A stretch of DNA of 64,000 nt, from the sequence record NC_047995.1; one strand, 5' to 3'. How positions within the stretch are numbered: position 1 is the stretch's first letter; each line of letters opens with the position of its first letter. Both the position numbers and the translations under genes were made by a program. Shown here piece by piece: positions 39,693-48,171 of the stretch. The notes beneath the pieces are model-generated. The model saw only the letters and a list, made by a program, of their open reading frames with translations. It was not told the DNA's origin and did no database searches.

Positions 39693-40559
39693 TTAAAGCA
39701 AGAAGACCTGGCGCGAAGGCGTGAAGTCAATCTGATACGACATGCCAGCCTGACAATCATCAGGCGCAACATAGTCCAGACCTTTCTTGAGCCGGACCAG
39801 AACTTTAGGGAAACTCAAACACGCATCAGTCAGGTTAAACACTTCCGATGAAGGCTTTATTTGCTGTTTGATTCTAATCCCACGAACATCGGCCTCTACG
39901 TTAGGGTATACTACCGAAGGGCCATAACCTGTGTCTGAAATAGTCACACCTGCAGGCCAGGCGAAATGGGTTACGTTATTCGCTATCGTAAACGTGTTGT
40001 TCTCGCCTTGTGCGACAGTGCCTCCGGATGGAGACGACGGAGGTGCGTAGTAGCCATACGAATATGAGTTCTCCAACACCAAACTCGTGTTCATTGTGCG
40101 AACTGTGACTGTCACCGTGTACGTTCGAGAAGATGGTATGCCTGAACGTACACCCAACATAGGCATAGAGCCTGTACGCGCAGCTTGCAACGCACTCGGA
40201 ACAAGCGTGATAACTCTGTTATTGTTATTTGGTACGCCCATACCATAAGACCACGATGCGTGAACGCCGTAGTAAGGAGCATCTGGGCCTATCAAACTTC
40301 CAAGCCTAAGCAGTTCTGTGCTGCCTATGTTTCGTGCAAGCTCCGTCAAGTAGTAGACAGAATCCTTTTGACCACGAGTGATCATAGTATTCTTGGAATT
40401 ACCTAAGACGGTACGTGCGTCACGCAACGTAGTCTCAAGTGCGGTCAGGCTGGTGGCTGCCGTATCAAGGTCGACTCTATCCTGTACGGCGTCGAAGAAA
40501 AACAGTTCTGGTGATGTTGGTACTACGAAAGCATTTCCAGGAGCAGCAATGTATTGCAT
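39693..40559 (-). CDS. 'MQY' paralogue family member 2 (288 aa)
   Basis: MQYIAAP, FFFDA, ARTVLG; C-terminal LKKGLDY. Confidence 0.7.
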   Translation of the reverse strand: MQYIAAPGNAFVVPTSPELFFFDAVQDRVDLDTAATSLTALETTLRDARTVLGNSKNTMITRGQKDSVYYLTELARNIGSTELLRLGSLIGPDAPYYGVHASWSYGMGVPNNNNRVITLVPSALQAARTGSMPMLGVRSGIPSSRTYTVTVTVRTMNTSLVLENSYSYGYYAPPSSPSGGTVAQGENNTFTIANNVTHFAWPAGVTISDTGYGPSVVYPNVEADVRGIRIKQQIKPSSEVFNLTDACLSFPKVLVRLKKGLDYVAPDDCQAGMSYQIDFTPSRQVFLL

Positions 40560-40598
40560 AAAATGTTCCTTATATAAGCACGTCCATGTGCTCCTAAC

Positions 40599-40964
40599 TT
40601 AGACCACTACTTCAAGTTCGCGATCCCCAGAAGACCATACGAGTTCACGAATATTGCGGGGCATGATGATGCAGCCGCTCGATGCAGTTCCCGGAGCTTT
40701 GATGCTGTCTCCGTGAATCTGAAACGAAGCACGACCAAACATCACGTTCTCTTTCGCAGGCGTTAAGTCCATTGCGTAAGGACCTGTCTTCTGACTTGTG
40801 CGAGGTGCGTTGATGGTGTAACGACCTTGAGGCAGAGGGCCTGTACCTACGATGTTCTGTGAGGCAGGCTTGTTCTTGTGCTCACCTTTACCTGCGTAGC
40901 CCGTAGCTACTACTTTACCATTCTTGTCAGACAGGCGACCTGTTGACTGTTCATATTTCCACAT
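40599..40964 (-). CDS. DUF2778/Tlde1-like L,D-transpeptidase-fold protein
   Basis: MWKYEQSTG, GYAGKG, GPLPQGRY and FQIHGDS..PGTASSGCII (HxxxxxxxxSxGC). Confidence 0.85.
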   Translation of the reverse strand: MWKYEQSTGRLSDKNGKVVATGYAGKGEHKNKPASQNIVGTGPLPQGRYTINAPRTSQKTGPYAMDLTPAKENVMFGRASFQIHGDSIKAPGTASSGCIIMPRNIRELVWSSGDRELEVVV

Positions 40965-40974
40965 AGAATACTCC

Positions 40975-41826
40975 TTAGATGTGTATAGTGGATTTGCTTA
41001 GTTGGATGTAAGGACGTGTACCTGGCGTCAGGTACACGTCCACTTCGAAATCAACACCTTTAAGCAAACGCATAAAGACATTATCTGCCATGACCATAAC
41101 AGCATGACTCAGATTGATGGCCTCATTCTCAGCAGTGAGATTCTCACCAGTAGCTCTATACTGGACAGGCCCCGAATTTTGATACGGCCTGTGTACTCCG
41201 TTCTGTGAAGCACTGTTTGGATATGTCCACATTGACAGGCAATCGACAAACAAAACAGAATCAGTCACGTCAGAAAATACAGGTGAGATATCTAAGATAC
41301 CGCCGGCGGGGCTGTTAGTGAACGGTATACTTTTTGTCGATAGCGTGGCGCCGTCCGAATACAGACCACGAACAGAATAACTTCTACCTAGAAATGTACC
41401 GCTGTCCTCTGCTTTCCATGTAGGATATAAGATTGATTCTACATATCCTGGATTTAATACAGACACGCGGTTCTGCGCAGCCTGATAGGAGTACGCTGTA
41501 GGACCTTGTCGGTACTCGTCACCTCCATTAGAAACATGGTGGTGTATAACACCTACATTTGATGAAGCTGTAGATATAGTTGGAGGCGCTGAATAAGGGC
41601 TCTCACCATTTTTCGCGTACTTCAAGAAGGTGAGATAGTAGTTGTCGTCCGCACGGCCACGAACTGGATTGAGTTGGTTGTTGGTGCCTAAGACCGTACG
41701 CGCTAAACGCAACGTATCGTCGATGGTGTCTACGGCAAATTCAGGAAGGTCATCATGATCGTCAAAGAACATGACTGCTGGATGTACCGCCTCATTCAGA
41801 GGGGTGAAACTGGATAAATATTGCAT
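40975..41826 (-). CDS. 'MQY' paralogue family member 3 (283 aa)
   Basis: Start moved to MQYLSS at 41826; MFFDD, ARTVLG, LNPVRG; C-terminal LLKGVDF...PGTRP. Confidence 0.7.
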   Translation of the reverse strand: MQYLSSFTPLNEAVHPAVMFFDDHDDLPEFAVDTIDDTLRLARTVLGTNNQLNPVRGRADDNYYLTFLKYAKNGESPYSAPPTISTASSNVGVIHHHVSNGGDEYRQGPTAYSYQAAQNRVSVLNPGYVESILYPTWKAEDSGTFLGRSYSVRGLYSDGATLSTKSIPFTNSPAGGILDISPVFSDVTDSVLFVDCLSMWTYPNSASQNGVHRPYQNSGPVQYRATGENLTAENEAINLSHAVMVMADNVFMRLLKGVDFEVDVYLTPGTRPYIQLSKSTIHI

Positions 41827-41869
41827 ATGAATATACCTTGGTTTTATCGTAGGACCACGGCATAGCACA

Positions 41870-41900
41870 AAAGGGCCTACACCTCTCGATGCAAGCCCTT
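41870..41900 (-). terminator. Terminator hairpin with a GAGA tetraloop
   Basis: Minus strand AAGGGCTTGCATC-GAGA-GGTGTAGGCCCTT then TTG; G-U pairs fit the minus strand. Confidence 0.7.
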
Positions 41901-41907
41901 AATAGTG

Positions 41908-42045
41908 TCAGACTATGATTGTCTTGATCACGTTACGGTTCTTCTTTGGGTCGAACCATACTTCTTCAATAATCTTGCCCATGCCGAAGTTGATCATCTG
42001 CACCGTGCGTCGTCGTACTAAGAGCAGACGTTTTGACTGGAACAT
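41908..42045 (-). CDS. Small protein (45 aa, MFQSKRLLLVRRRTVQMINFGMGKIIEEVWFDPKKNRNVIKTIIV)
   Basis: Translated by hand; AAGGAG RBS 5 nt upstream; fills the gap before a terminator; not in the ORF track. Confidence 0.6.
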   Translation of the reverse strand: MFQSKRLLLVRRRTVQMINFGMGKIIEEVWFDPKKNRNVIKTIIV

Positions 42046-42073
42046 GATTACTCCTTAATCTGGCAGTCAGTCG

Positions 42074-42697
42074 TTAAGGACGAGGCATACGTTTCTTAGG
42101 AGGAACGGTACGCTTCTTGCCCTGGACCTCAGACGCCATCTTGCGACGTTTCGTTTTAGCAGCAATCACTTCAGGCTTAACGCCGTTTGCTGCGGCCACT
42201 TCTGCCCACTTAACAAACTTAGGCTTCATGAACTTCGTACCACCACGAACGCTATAAGTACCGATAGCGTTTTTAGAGATAGCTTTCAGGTCGAGAGCTT
42301 TTACGTCAGCAGAAGTGAAAGGCAGAACGATACTGGACAGGCCTGCGTTCGCATTCATTTCGTCACGAGCGCGAGTCATGAAGTTCAGCGCACTGCTTTT
42401 CAGCATAGCCACTTTGGCCTTAGCAACGTCGTACTTAGCTTTATAGCTTTTACGTGCGTCACTACCTTTTGCCATACCTTCCAGCTTCGTTTTCATCGCA
42501 GGCAGTTTCTGGGCCTGAGAGATATGAGAGGTGATATACTTCTTCGCGCTACGCAAGCATTTGGTTGCTTCTTCGAAGTTGCCACTTACGCGCTTACTCA
42601 CCAGAAGCTGAGTGCCTTTAACCGCATACATTGCATCTTCTTTCTTTGCGGACACGGACTCTACTGCTCCTGCCAGATTGATTTTAATGAGAGCCAT
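42074..42697 (-). CDS. Basic Lys/Ala-rich protein, paralogue of 43215..43946
   Basis: MALIKINL...ESVSAKK; KFMKPKF matches GYIKPKF in the paralogue. Confidence 0.75.
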   Translation of the reverse strand: MALIKINLAGAVESVSAKKEDAMYAVKGTQLLVSKRVSGNFEEATKCLRSAKKYITSHISQAQKLPAMKTKLEGMAKGSDARKSYKAKYDVAKAKVAMLKSSALNFMTRARDEMNANAGLSSIVLPFTSADVKALDLKAISKNAIGTYSVRGGTKFMKPKFVKWAEVAAANGVKPEVIAAKTKRRKMASEVQGKKRTVPPKKRMPRP

Positions 42698-42701
42698 CTA
42701 T

Positions 42702-43211
42702 TTAATCCTTAATCATTTTGACGCGCGTGTGGTCGAAAATACCGAACGTAGGCACATCGTGGTTATCGCCTTCATTTCCTTTAATGGAGTCATATCCGGC
42801 GAGGCGTAAGATCTTGCTAATCTCGGTGTACTCGTCCCACCACATGTAGACACGCTTGTGTTTACTTGCAGGAATGAGCTGGTTGAGTTTATCAAGGCGG
42901 GAGACTAATGTTAGAGCTTCGTCGCGGCCAACACGCTTATCCTGAAACGCTTCCATGATAAGTTTTTTGACCCGACTATGAATCTCAGCGAACTTGACCT
43001 CAGTCCAGAGAGAACGAAAGTTCAGGCTGGCATAGCGTCCAGGGTCCGCGTGAAATTTGTAGAGGCGCCCATCCTCTGCATACAATTCAGCGTACTCACG
43101 ATCTGGTGTTACCCAAGTCATGTGTTGCTTCTTCGCATGTTCATCGTTCCAGTCTTCTGCAAGACCACGATAGTAGATTTTGGGCGCACTCAGGCTGACG
43201 AAGACCTGCAA
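42702..43211 (-). CDS. Putative ADP-ribosyltransferase-fold protein (ART-PolyVal-like) with a VSLSA leader
   Basis: YYRG...WVTPDREYAELYA..G.LY...AGYDSI...FGIFDHTRVK pattern. Confidence 0.5.
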   Translation of the reverse strand: MQVFVSLSAPKIYYRGLAEDWNDEHAKKQHMTWVTPDREYAELYAEDGRLYKFHADPGRYASLNFRSLWTEVKFAEIHSRVKKLIMEAFQDKRVGRDEALTLVSRLDKLNQLIPASKHKRVYMWWDEYTEISKILRLAGYDSIKGNEGDNHDVPTFGIFDHTRVKMIKD

Positions 43212-43214
43212 CTG

Positions 43215-43946
43215 TTATTTGCCCAGGCGTTTGGCCGACAGTTGAGCTCCATCGGATTTTTTCCCAGATGCGCGTGGTCCACGCAGAGCTTTCTCTGGTA
43301 CTTTGTCTAAAGGCGACTCATTCATGCCCTGCTGCGCCTTAGACTTCTTGGCGTTCTGAACACGCTTAACAGCAGCACGAGGTCCACTACCCTTAGGTTT
43401 GGCTGTAGACACTTTCTGGCCAAGCGCCTCGAACTTAGAAGCAGCCAGGAACTTAGGCTTGATGTAACCTTTACGCCCCGTCACAACCAGAGAATCAACC
43501 TGCGCCGCAGTCACTGTGCGTAGGTATCTGCCCGGGGTGTCTGCGAGAGAAATATCGGTTGCTTTCAGCGGAGAAGACAGAGAACTCAAACCAGCGGCGC
43601 GCATCGCAGCTTTACCTTCACGCAGCAGAGACTTGGCCTCTTTTGCATTAGCAGAAGATCGAGCTTTCAGAGATTTTATCTGATCACGCAATTTGGCTTT
43701 ACGCGTAGGGTTTTCTTCTTTCTTAACTTTAGTTGTCAGTGAGATCAGTGAGATACGATCTTTCAGTGCGGACGTTGCCAGCTTTTTGGCCTTACGTGCG
43801 TTAGTGATGCACTTGCCGACAGCGGCTTTGTGTGCGCTGTTGATAACCAGAGCCTGAGCGCCGCCAACTTTGGCAACTTTATATCCTGGTGCTTTGGCTG
43901 ATTCGGACAGTACCGAATCACCCAGACTGATTTTAATGAGAGCCAT
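43215..43946 (-). CDS. Basic Lys/Ala-rich protein, paralogue of 42074..42697
   Basis: MALIKISL...LSESAKA; AAGGA RBS. Confidence 0.75.
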   Translation of the reverse strand: MALIKISLGDSVLSESAKAPGYKVAKVGGAQALVINSAHKAAVGKCITNARKAKKLATSALKDRISLISLTTKVKKEENPTRKAKLRDQIKSLKARSSANAKEAKSLLREGKAAMRAAGLSSLSSPLKATDISLADTPGRYLRTVTAAQVDSLVVTGRKGYIKPKFLAASKFEALGQKVSTAKPKGSGPRAAVKRVQNAKKSKAQQGMNESPLDKVPEKALRGPRASGKKSDGAQLSAKRLGK

Positions 43947-43956
43947 TTATTGTTCC

Positions 43957-44562
43957 TTACACCAGCGCTCGGCCGGGCAGATCAAAGTTTTTACCTGCGG
44001 AGTAATCACCCAGCGCACGGTATAGGGAGTCGCGCAGCATTTGCTCGATGATATCCGAGTTGTGTGCTGAGGCGTCTTTGAAAGCAACCTCGATTGATTC
44101 AGTTCTCGGATTCACTACTGCATAACGCAGCGGGCTGATTGTCTGTGTGTTACACCACGCATCGATCTTGGGTTGCAAGTCTGGCGTTAGTGGAATGCGG
44201 AAATCAGCGAGAGAAAACACCACACTCTGAATTGGAGGTGGGGACGATTGCGACATGTACTTGCCGTTAGGACTCAAGCGTTCCATGGCCATCGAGGCTT
44301 CGAAGATCGACTGATACCCTTCGCTTACGGTCGTGATATTGTTGAGCTTGAAGCTATGCGTTGTAAGACCTTTGCGAATCAGTTTGGCGACTTTCAGATC
44401 ATAATCACCTGAGTCATCCTGTGCAAAGGTAACCAGCGCGTAGTAGGAGAACCCAGAGTCTTCGCGTAGCAGACGATGATCCAATACACGAAAGCCCACG
44501 ACACTTTGCAGTGCCTGGGCTGTGATCTGAATTCCCTTAGCTAAGGAAACAAAGATTTCCAT
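43957..44562 (-). CDS. Hypothetical protein with an MEIFVSL leader
   Basis: TAATG coupling; first 7 residues identical to 51847..52383. Confidence 0.7.
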   Translation of the reverse strand: MEIFVSLAKGIQITAQALQSVVGFRVLDHRLLREDSGFSYYALVTFAQDDSGDYDLKVAKLIRKGLTTHSFKLNNITTVSEGYQSIFEASMAMERLSPNGKYMSQSSPPPIQSVVFSLADFRIPLTPDLQPKIDAWCNTQTISPLRYAVVNPRTESIEVAFKDASAHNSDIIEQMLRDSLYRALGDYSAGKNFDLPGRALV

Positions 44563-44900
44563 TAACGCAGGGTTTTCAACGCCTGTCTAGCTTTCGCCAA
44601 ATCGGAGAAGTATTTAGCTTCGTCATCGAACTCAGGCTCCATGCGGATTTCGATGCCAGATACGTTGAAGCCTATATCTTCATCTTCATCCTTGGTGACC
44701 ATACCAAAGCGAGCGACACCGTTCTTGTAGCTGATGAAACGGAAGTCGATGATATCTTCGGGACCAGAGAGGTCAGACGGCATACCATCATCCAGCAGAT
44801 CGAAGAACTCTTTCTTCGACAGGCCAGTGAACACGCTCGCCATTGCGTTGGCGGAAGTGGATTTGACAGCTTCGTCCAGATTCAGTTTGATTAGACACAT
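44562..44900 (-). CDS. Acidic hypothetical protein with an MCLIKLNL...STSA leader (112 aa)
   Basis: Start moved to 44900 (GGAG RBS). Confidence 0.7.
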   Translation of the reverse strand: MCLIKLNLDEAVKSTSANAMASVFTGLSKKEFFDLLDDGMPSDLSGPEDIIDFRFISYKNGVARFGMVTKDEDEDIGFNVSGIEIRMEPEFDDEAKYFSDLAKARQALKTLR

Positions 44901-44902
44901 GG

Positions 44903-45475
44903 TTAGTGTACTCCAACTTGTTTGGTGATTGTGATAACACGCTGGTACCAACCATAAATGTTATCTTCTTGAGTTTCATCTACCTTCGCGATGTTTTTCA
45001 ACTTCGCAATACGGCAGCCGTTGTAGGCGTAAGCCAATACTTTAATGTCACGCACTTTGACGTATGCGGCGAGAGCAGCAATAGTCTTAGGTCCAACATT
45101 CGCAGCAGGTGCAAAATCAGGGTACAACTTACCCCGTTGATTCAGGATGTTCAACTGGTCTTGCAGTTCAGCAATCGCAGCTGGTGGCCCTGAGTTAACC
45201 GCGTAGTCAAATACCCACAGAGCCAGCTCTTGTGAGAACTTCGCAATTTCATCACACTTGCAGAAGTCCCAGAAGTTAGCGCTGTAGATAGCATACGCAA
45301 TCTCATACGGCAGGTTTTGCATATCGCCTTTATAGCCATATGCGCGAGCGTTCTTTTCAGTGACACCCCAACGAGTAGGGCCGCCACGGTCAGCCGCTCG
45401 ATTCGTGTACGTTGAGCCACCTTCGCGATCAATTACTTCTGCGATGGCGTTCTTACGAAACGTTAAAGCGTCCAT
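44903..45475 (-). CDS. Glycoside hydrolase family 108 muramidase with a PG-binding C-terminus (endolysin candidate)
   Basis: EGGSTYTNRAADRGGPTRWGVT, FDYAVNSGP, VGPKTIAAL, YGWYQR; start moved to MDALTF (45475, AAGAGGA RBS). Confidence 0.9.
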   Translation of the reverse strand: MDALTFRKNAIAEVIDREGGSTYTNRAADRGGPTRWGVTEKNARAYGYKGDMQNLPYEIAYAIYSANFWDFCKCDEIAKFSQELALWVFDYAVNSGPPAAIAELQDQLNILNQRGKLYPDFAPAANVGPKTIAALAAYVKVRDIKVLAYAYNGCRIAKLKNIAKVDETQEDNIYGWYQRVITITKQVGVH

Positions 45476-45500
45476 ATTAGGTCCTCTTATTGACGTACTA

Positions 45501-45507
45501 AAATTAG
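45501..45507 (-). promoter_or_regulatory. Class B motif CTAATTT upstream of the lysin/leader-protein operon
   Basis: CGCTAATTTT context, 26 nt upstream of the ATG. Confidence 0.55.
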
Positions 45508-45509
45508 CG

Positions 45510-46394
45510 TTAGATGGACAATCTTGTAGCCTTGAACTTAAATGCAGGGCGTGTTCCTGGAACGAGTTCAGAGGGCACGTCATAGTCATTATCATCCAGC
45601 ATGACCAGCGTGTTTAGTGCTTTCCAGTAGAAAAGGCCGAACGCCAGATTGACTGTTTCATCAGCAGCTTCCCTAGGAGCCCAGAAGAGTCCATCATCTC
45701 TGTACGGCAGGTGCATGTCCGCGAAGTTACCACCATCAGTACCAACAGAACAGGCTTTCATTGCCATGGCATATTGGAAGTTAACATCCGTAGTCGTGTA
45801 CACATCAGTAGGTGCAATAGACGGAAAACCGAAACCTGTTTTAAACTGGTCAGAGTTTGTAGGTGCAGTAGTGGTGACAGAACCGTTATACGTTTTCAAA
45901 TGCAGCGTACTGGGGAAGCGTCCGTACTGGCTGCTTGTACCAGACGTTGCGGCAGCAGCACACTTAGGGAAGTGCATCTTAACATCAAACGGACAGTTAA
46001 AGATTACCGTGCCTTTCCGAATTGTGTAGTCAGGGAAATACTCAGCTCTCGTGGCATCATAGCTTTGGTAGTCTGTGGTCTCAGGGTCCGACACATGGAT
46101 AGAGAAACCTATGGTGTTCTCTTGCATTATGATATCGTAGGTCGCTGGCGCCCAGTTCTTATCTGAGGCGTACTTGGCAAAAGTTGGGAAGTATTTGTTT
46201 CCGTGCTGCCCTGCGACTGGATTGAGCTTACTGCCTACGCCAAGAACCGAGCGAGCCTTGTGCGCATTCTGTTTCGCAAAGGTCATATCCCGCATTTGAG
46301 TTTTGGTGATGCCGTCTCTTGCATCAAAGAAAAGAACGTTAGGCATGTTCGTTTCTTTCGAGGCCAAGCCAAAGAGTGTTGCTATGTATTGCAT
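45510..46394 (-). CDS. 'MQY' paralogue family member 4 (294 aa)
   Basis: MQYIAT, LFFDA, ARSVLG, LNPVAG; C-terminal LDDNDY...PGTRP. Confidence 0.7.
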   Translation of the reverse strand: MQYIATLFGLASKETNMPNVLFFDARDGITKTQMRDMTFAKQNAHKARSVLGVGSKLNPVAGQHGNKYFPTFAKYASDKNWAPATYDIIMQENTIGFSIHVSDPETTDYQSYDATRAEYFPDYTIRKGTVIFNCPFDVKMHFPKCAAAATSGTSSQYGRFPSTLHLKTYNGSVTTTAPTNSDQFKTGFGFPSIAPTDVYTTTDVNFQYAMAMKACSVGTDGGNFADMHLPYRDDGLFWAPREAADETVNLAFGLFYWKALNTLVMLDDNDYDVPSELVPGTRPAFKFKATRLSI

Positions 46395-46462
46395 GGTGTG
46401 TCACCTCAATGGTCTGTCGAATGTACTACGCGCTTGTGCCTAAAATTAGCTCCAAGATCGAC

Positions 46463-46482
46463 AAAAGGGGCCGAAGCCCCTT
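46463..46482 (-). terminator. Rho-independent terminator, UUCG loop
   Basis: Minus strand AAGGGGC-TTCG-GCCCCTTTT. Confidence 0.85.
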
Positions 46483-46822
46483 AGAATGTCCAACGCGTAG
46501 CCCAAGCGATTAGGCCTGAGATAATACCGATGTGCGACAGATAACCGTACTGCAATACATAGCCTCTGACATAGTGCTTCATGCCACCCTCATACGCACC
46601 ATCGTACACGGCAGAGATCATCGTGAACGACATAACGTAGGTGAACACATGCCACGTTGTCATCTCCATAACTTCGTTGCAGAACACTATCAGAAATAAG
46701 GAGACGGCCATGATGTATACCGTGCGTTTGGTCTCGGTCAGATTGATACCCAGCACAACAGGACGCATCATGAAGGACGCGAGTATCGAAACCAGCATTA
46801 GCGTTTCATAGTCGGCTGACAT
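46481..46822 (-). CDS. Small integral membrane protein (3-4 hydrophobic segments)
   Basis: Hydrophobic stretches LMLVSILASFMM, YIMAVSLFLIVF, VFTYVMSFTMISAV, IGIISGLIAW. Confidence 0.65.
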   Translation of the reverse strand: MSADYETLMLVSILASFMMRPVVLGINLTETKRTVYIMAVSLFLIVFCNEVMEMTTWHVFTYVMSFTMISAVYDGAYEGGMKHYVRGYVLQYGYLSHIGIISGLIAWATRWTF

Positions 46823-47130
46823 ACCGCGTCCACCTGGGCAGGAGTGATAGAAGACTTAGAGCGACGTAGGTCGAGTGCGAGTTGTGCCTTACGACCAATG
46901 CGAGCATACGACTCAAGGTCTTCATCGGAGTAGCCGCTCATGCTTTCGCGCACATGAGACAGCTCGGCCATTTGACGAGGACTCAGTGCGTTCGAAGGCG
47001 CATAGAAGGAAGCGTGTTCAATACTTCCCAGTCCTTTTCCAGGACACACGTTCCAGATGGGCTCAGCCTTAGGATCGGTCTGCACCATCAACGTATCGTG
47101 ACGTTCAACGTCATGAATGTTACGACTCAT
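46798..47130 (-). CDS. Hypothetical protein (110 aa)
   Basis: Start moved to MSRNIH (47130, GGAG RBS). Confidence 0.65.
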   Translation of the reverse strand: MSRNIHDVERHDTLMVQTDPKAEPIWNVCPGKGLGSIEHASFYAPSNALSPRQMAELSHVRESMSGYSDEDLESYARIGRKAQLALDLRRSKSSITPAQVDAVCQPTMKR

Positions 47131-47131
47131 A

Positions 47132-47845
47132 TCAAACTCCCTGATTAGAAACGTAGGTGTCGGTGATGTTCGCAGTCTTCTCCACGTTACCGCGAATGTA
47201 ACCGATCTCAAACACCTGCACGTTATGTTTGACCACTGCTTCGCCTACTGTCTCACACGCACCACTGTGCAGATCGAGGAAGGCCTGACACAAACGTTCA
47301 GCAACAGGCTTCGCCAGTATCTTCATCAGCGTATGCCTTTGGACAGCAGACAGCTTGATAGGCATCGCGTCGATTTCGCGCTCGATGTTCTTGCGACCAC
47401 CGTTGAATATCCACTTACAGATCGTTGCTGTCAATGGCTTCTGGTGTGTCTTGGACGGCAGCGTATAGATGAAGGTCATCAGGCTGTAGAACAGGCTGCC
47501 GTCAATCGCACGTCGCTTGAGATCATCGAGGTACTGACCAACAGGCTGCAACTTACCCCGCTGGGGTTCCATGTCGTCGAGTTTAAGATCAACGTCAAGG
47601 CCGAAGCGCTTCAACAGCTCCGAGTGACCGAACACAAACACGATATGATCAGGCATGTCTCGGATTGCTACGGCGTTGCGACTGTACTCACGCGCACCTA
47701 CAACGAACAGGTACTTACGATATTTCTTCGAAGGGTCAATCGTGCCGCTCAGTGGAACGAACGTCACACGATCTGCCTGACCTTTCTTTTTGAGCCAGCC
47801 CAGCACCTGCTCTGGGCTTTGGCGTGTCACAGCGATTACAGGCAT
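47132..47845 (-). CDS. Hypothetical protein (237 aa)
   Basis: GGAG RBS; tight packing. Confidence 0.7.
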   Translation of the reverse strand: MPVIAVTRQSPEQVLGWLKKKGQADRVTFVPLSGTIDPSKKYRKYLFVVGAREYSRNAVAIRDMPDHIVFVFGHSELLKRFGLDVDLKLDDMEPQRGKLQPVGQYLDDLKRRAIDGSLFYSLMTFIYTLPSKTHQKPLTATICKWIFNGGRKNIEREIDAMPIKLSAVQRHTLMKILAKPVAERLCQAFLDLHSGACETVGEAVVKHNVQVFEIGYIRGNVEKTANITDTYVSNQGV

Positions 47846-47847
47846 CG

Positions 47848-48171
47848 TTACTCCACCGTGTCGAGTGCTTTGGCCGTATACTCACGCAGAGTACGTTCGA
47901 TGTTAGTCGCCAACGTAGGATGACAGATAAGCTGGTGGTCTTTCATGTACACACGCAGAGAAGGACGCATCACCTTACGCGTTCTGGCATTCATGCGCAG
48001 CATACGATGCACAGGAGAGGTGAAGTATTCCTCTTCCACCTCTGACATGCAGTTAACATTGGCGACCACTTCGTACTTCGCAAAGATTTGTGGATTGCGA
48101 TTGATGAACGTAGGGTCCATCGGTACGCTATTCTTTTCGTAATCACGATTGAGTTGACCGAAGATCATCAT
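47848..48171 (-). CDS. Hypothetical protein (107 aa)
   Basis: ATGA overlap with the SbcC-like gene. Confidence 0.65.
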   Translation of the reverse strand: MMIFGQLNRDYEKNSVPMDPTFINRNPQIFAKYEVVANVNCMSEVEEEYFTSPVHRMLRMNARTRKVMRPSLRVYMKDHQLICHPTLATNIERTLREYTAKALDTVE

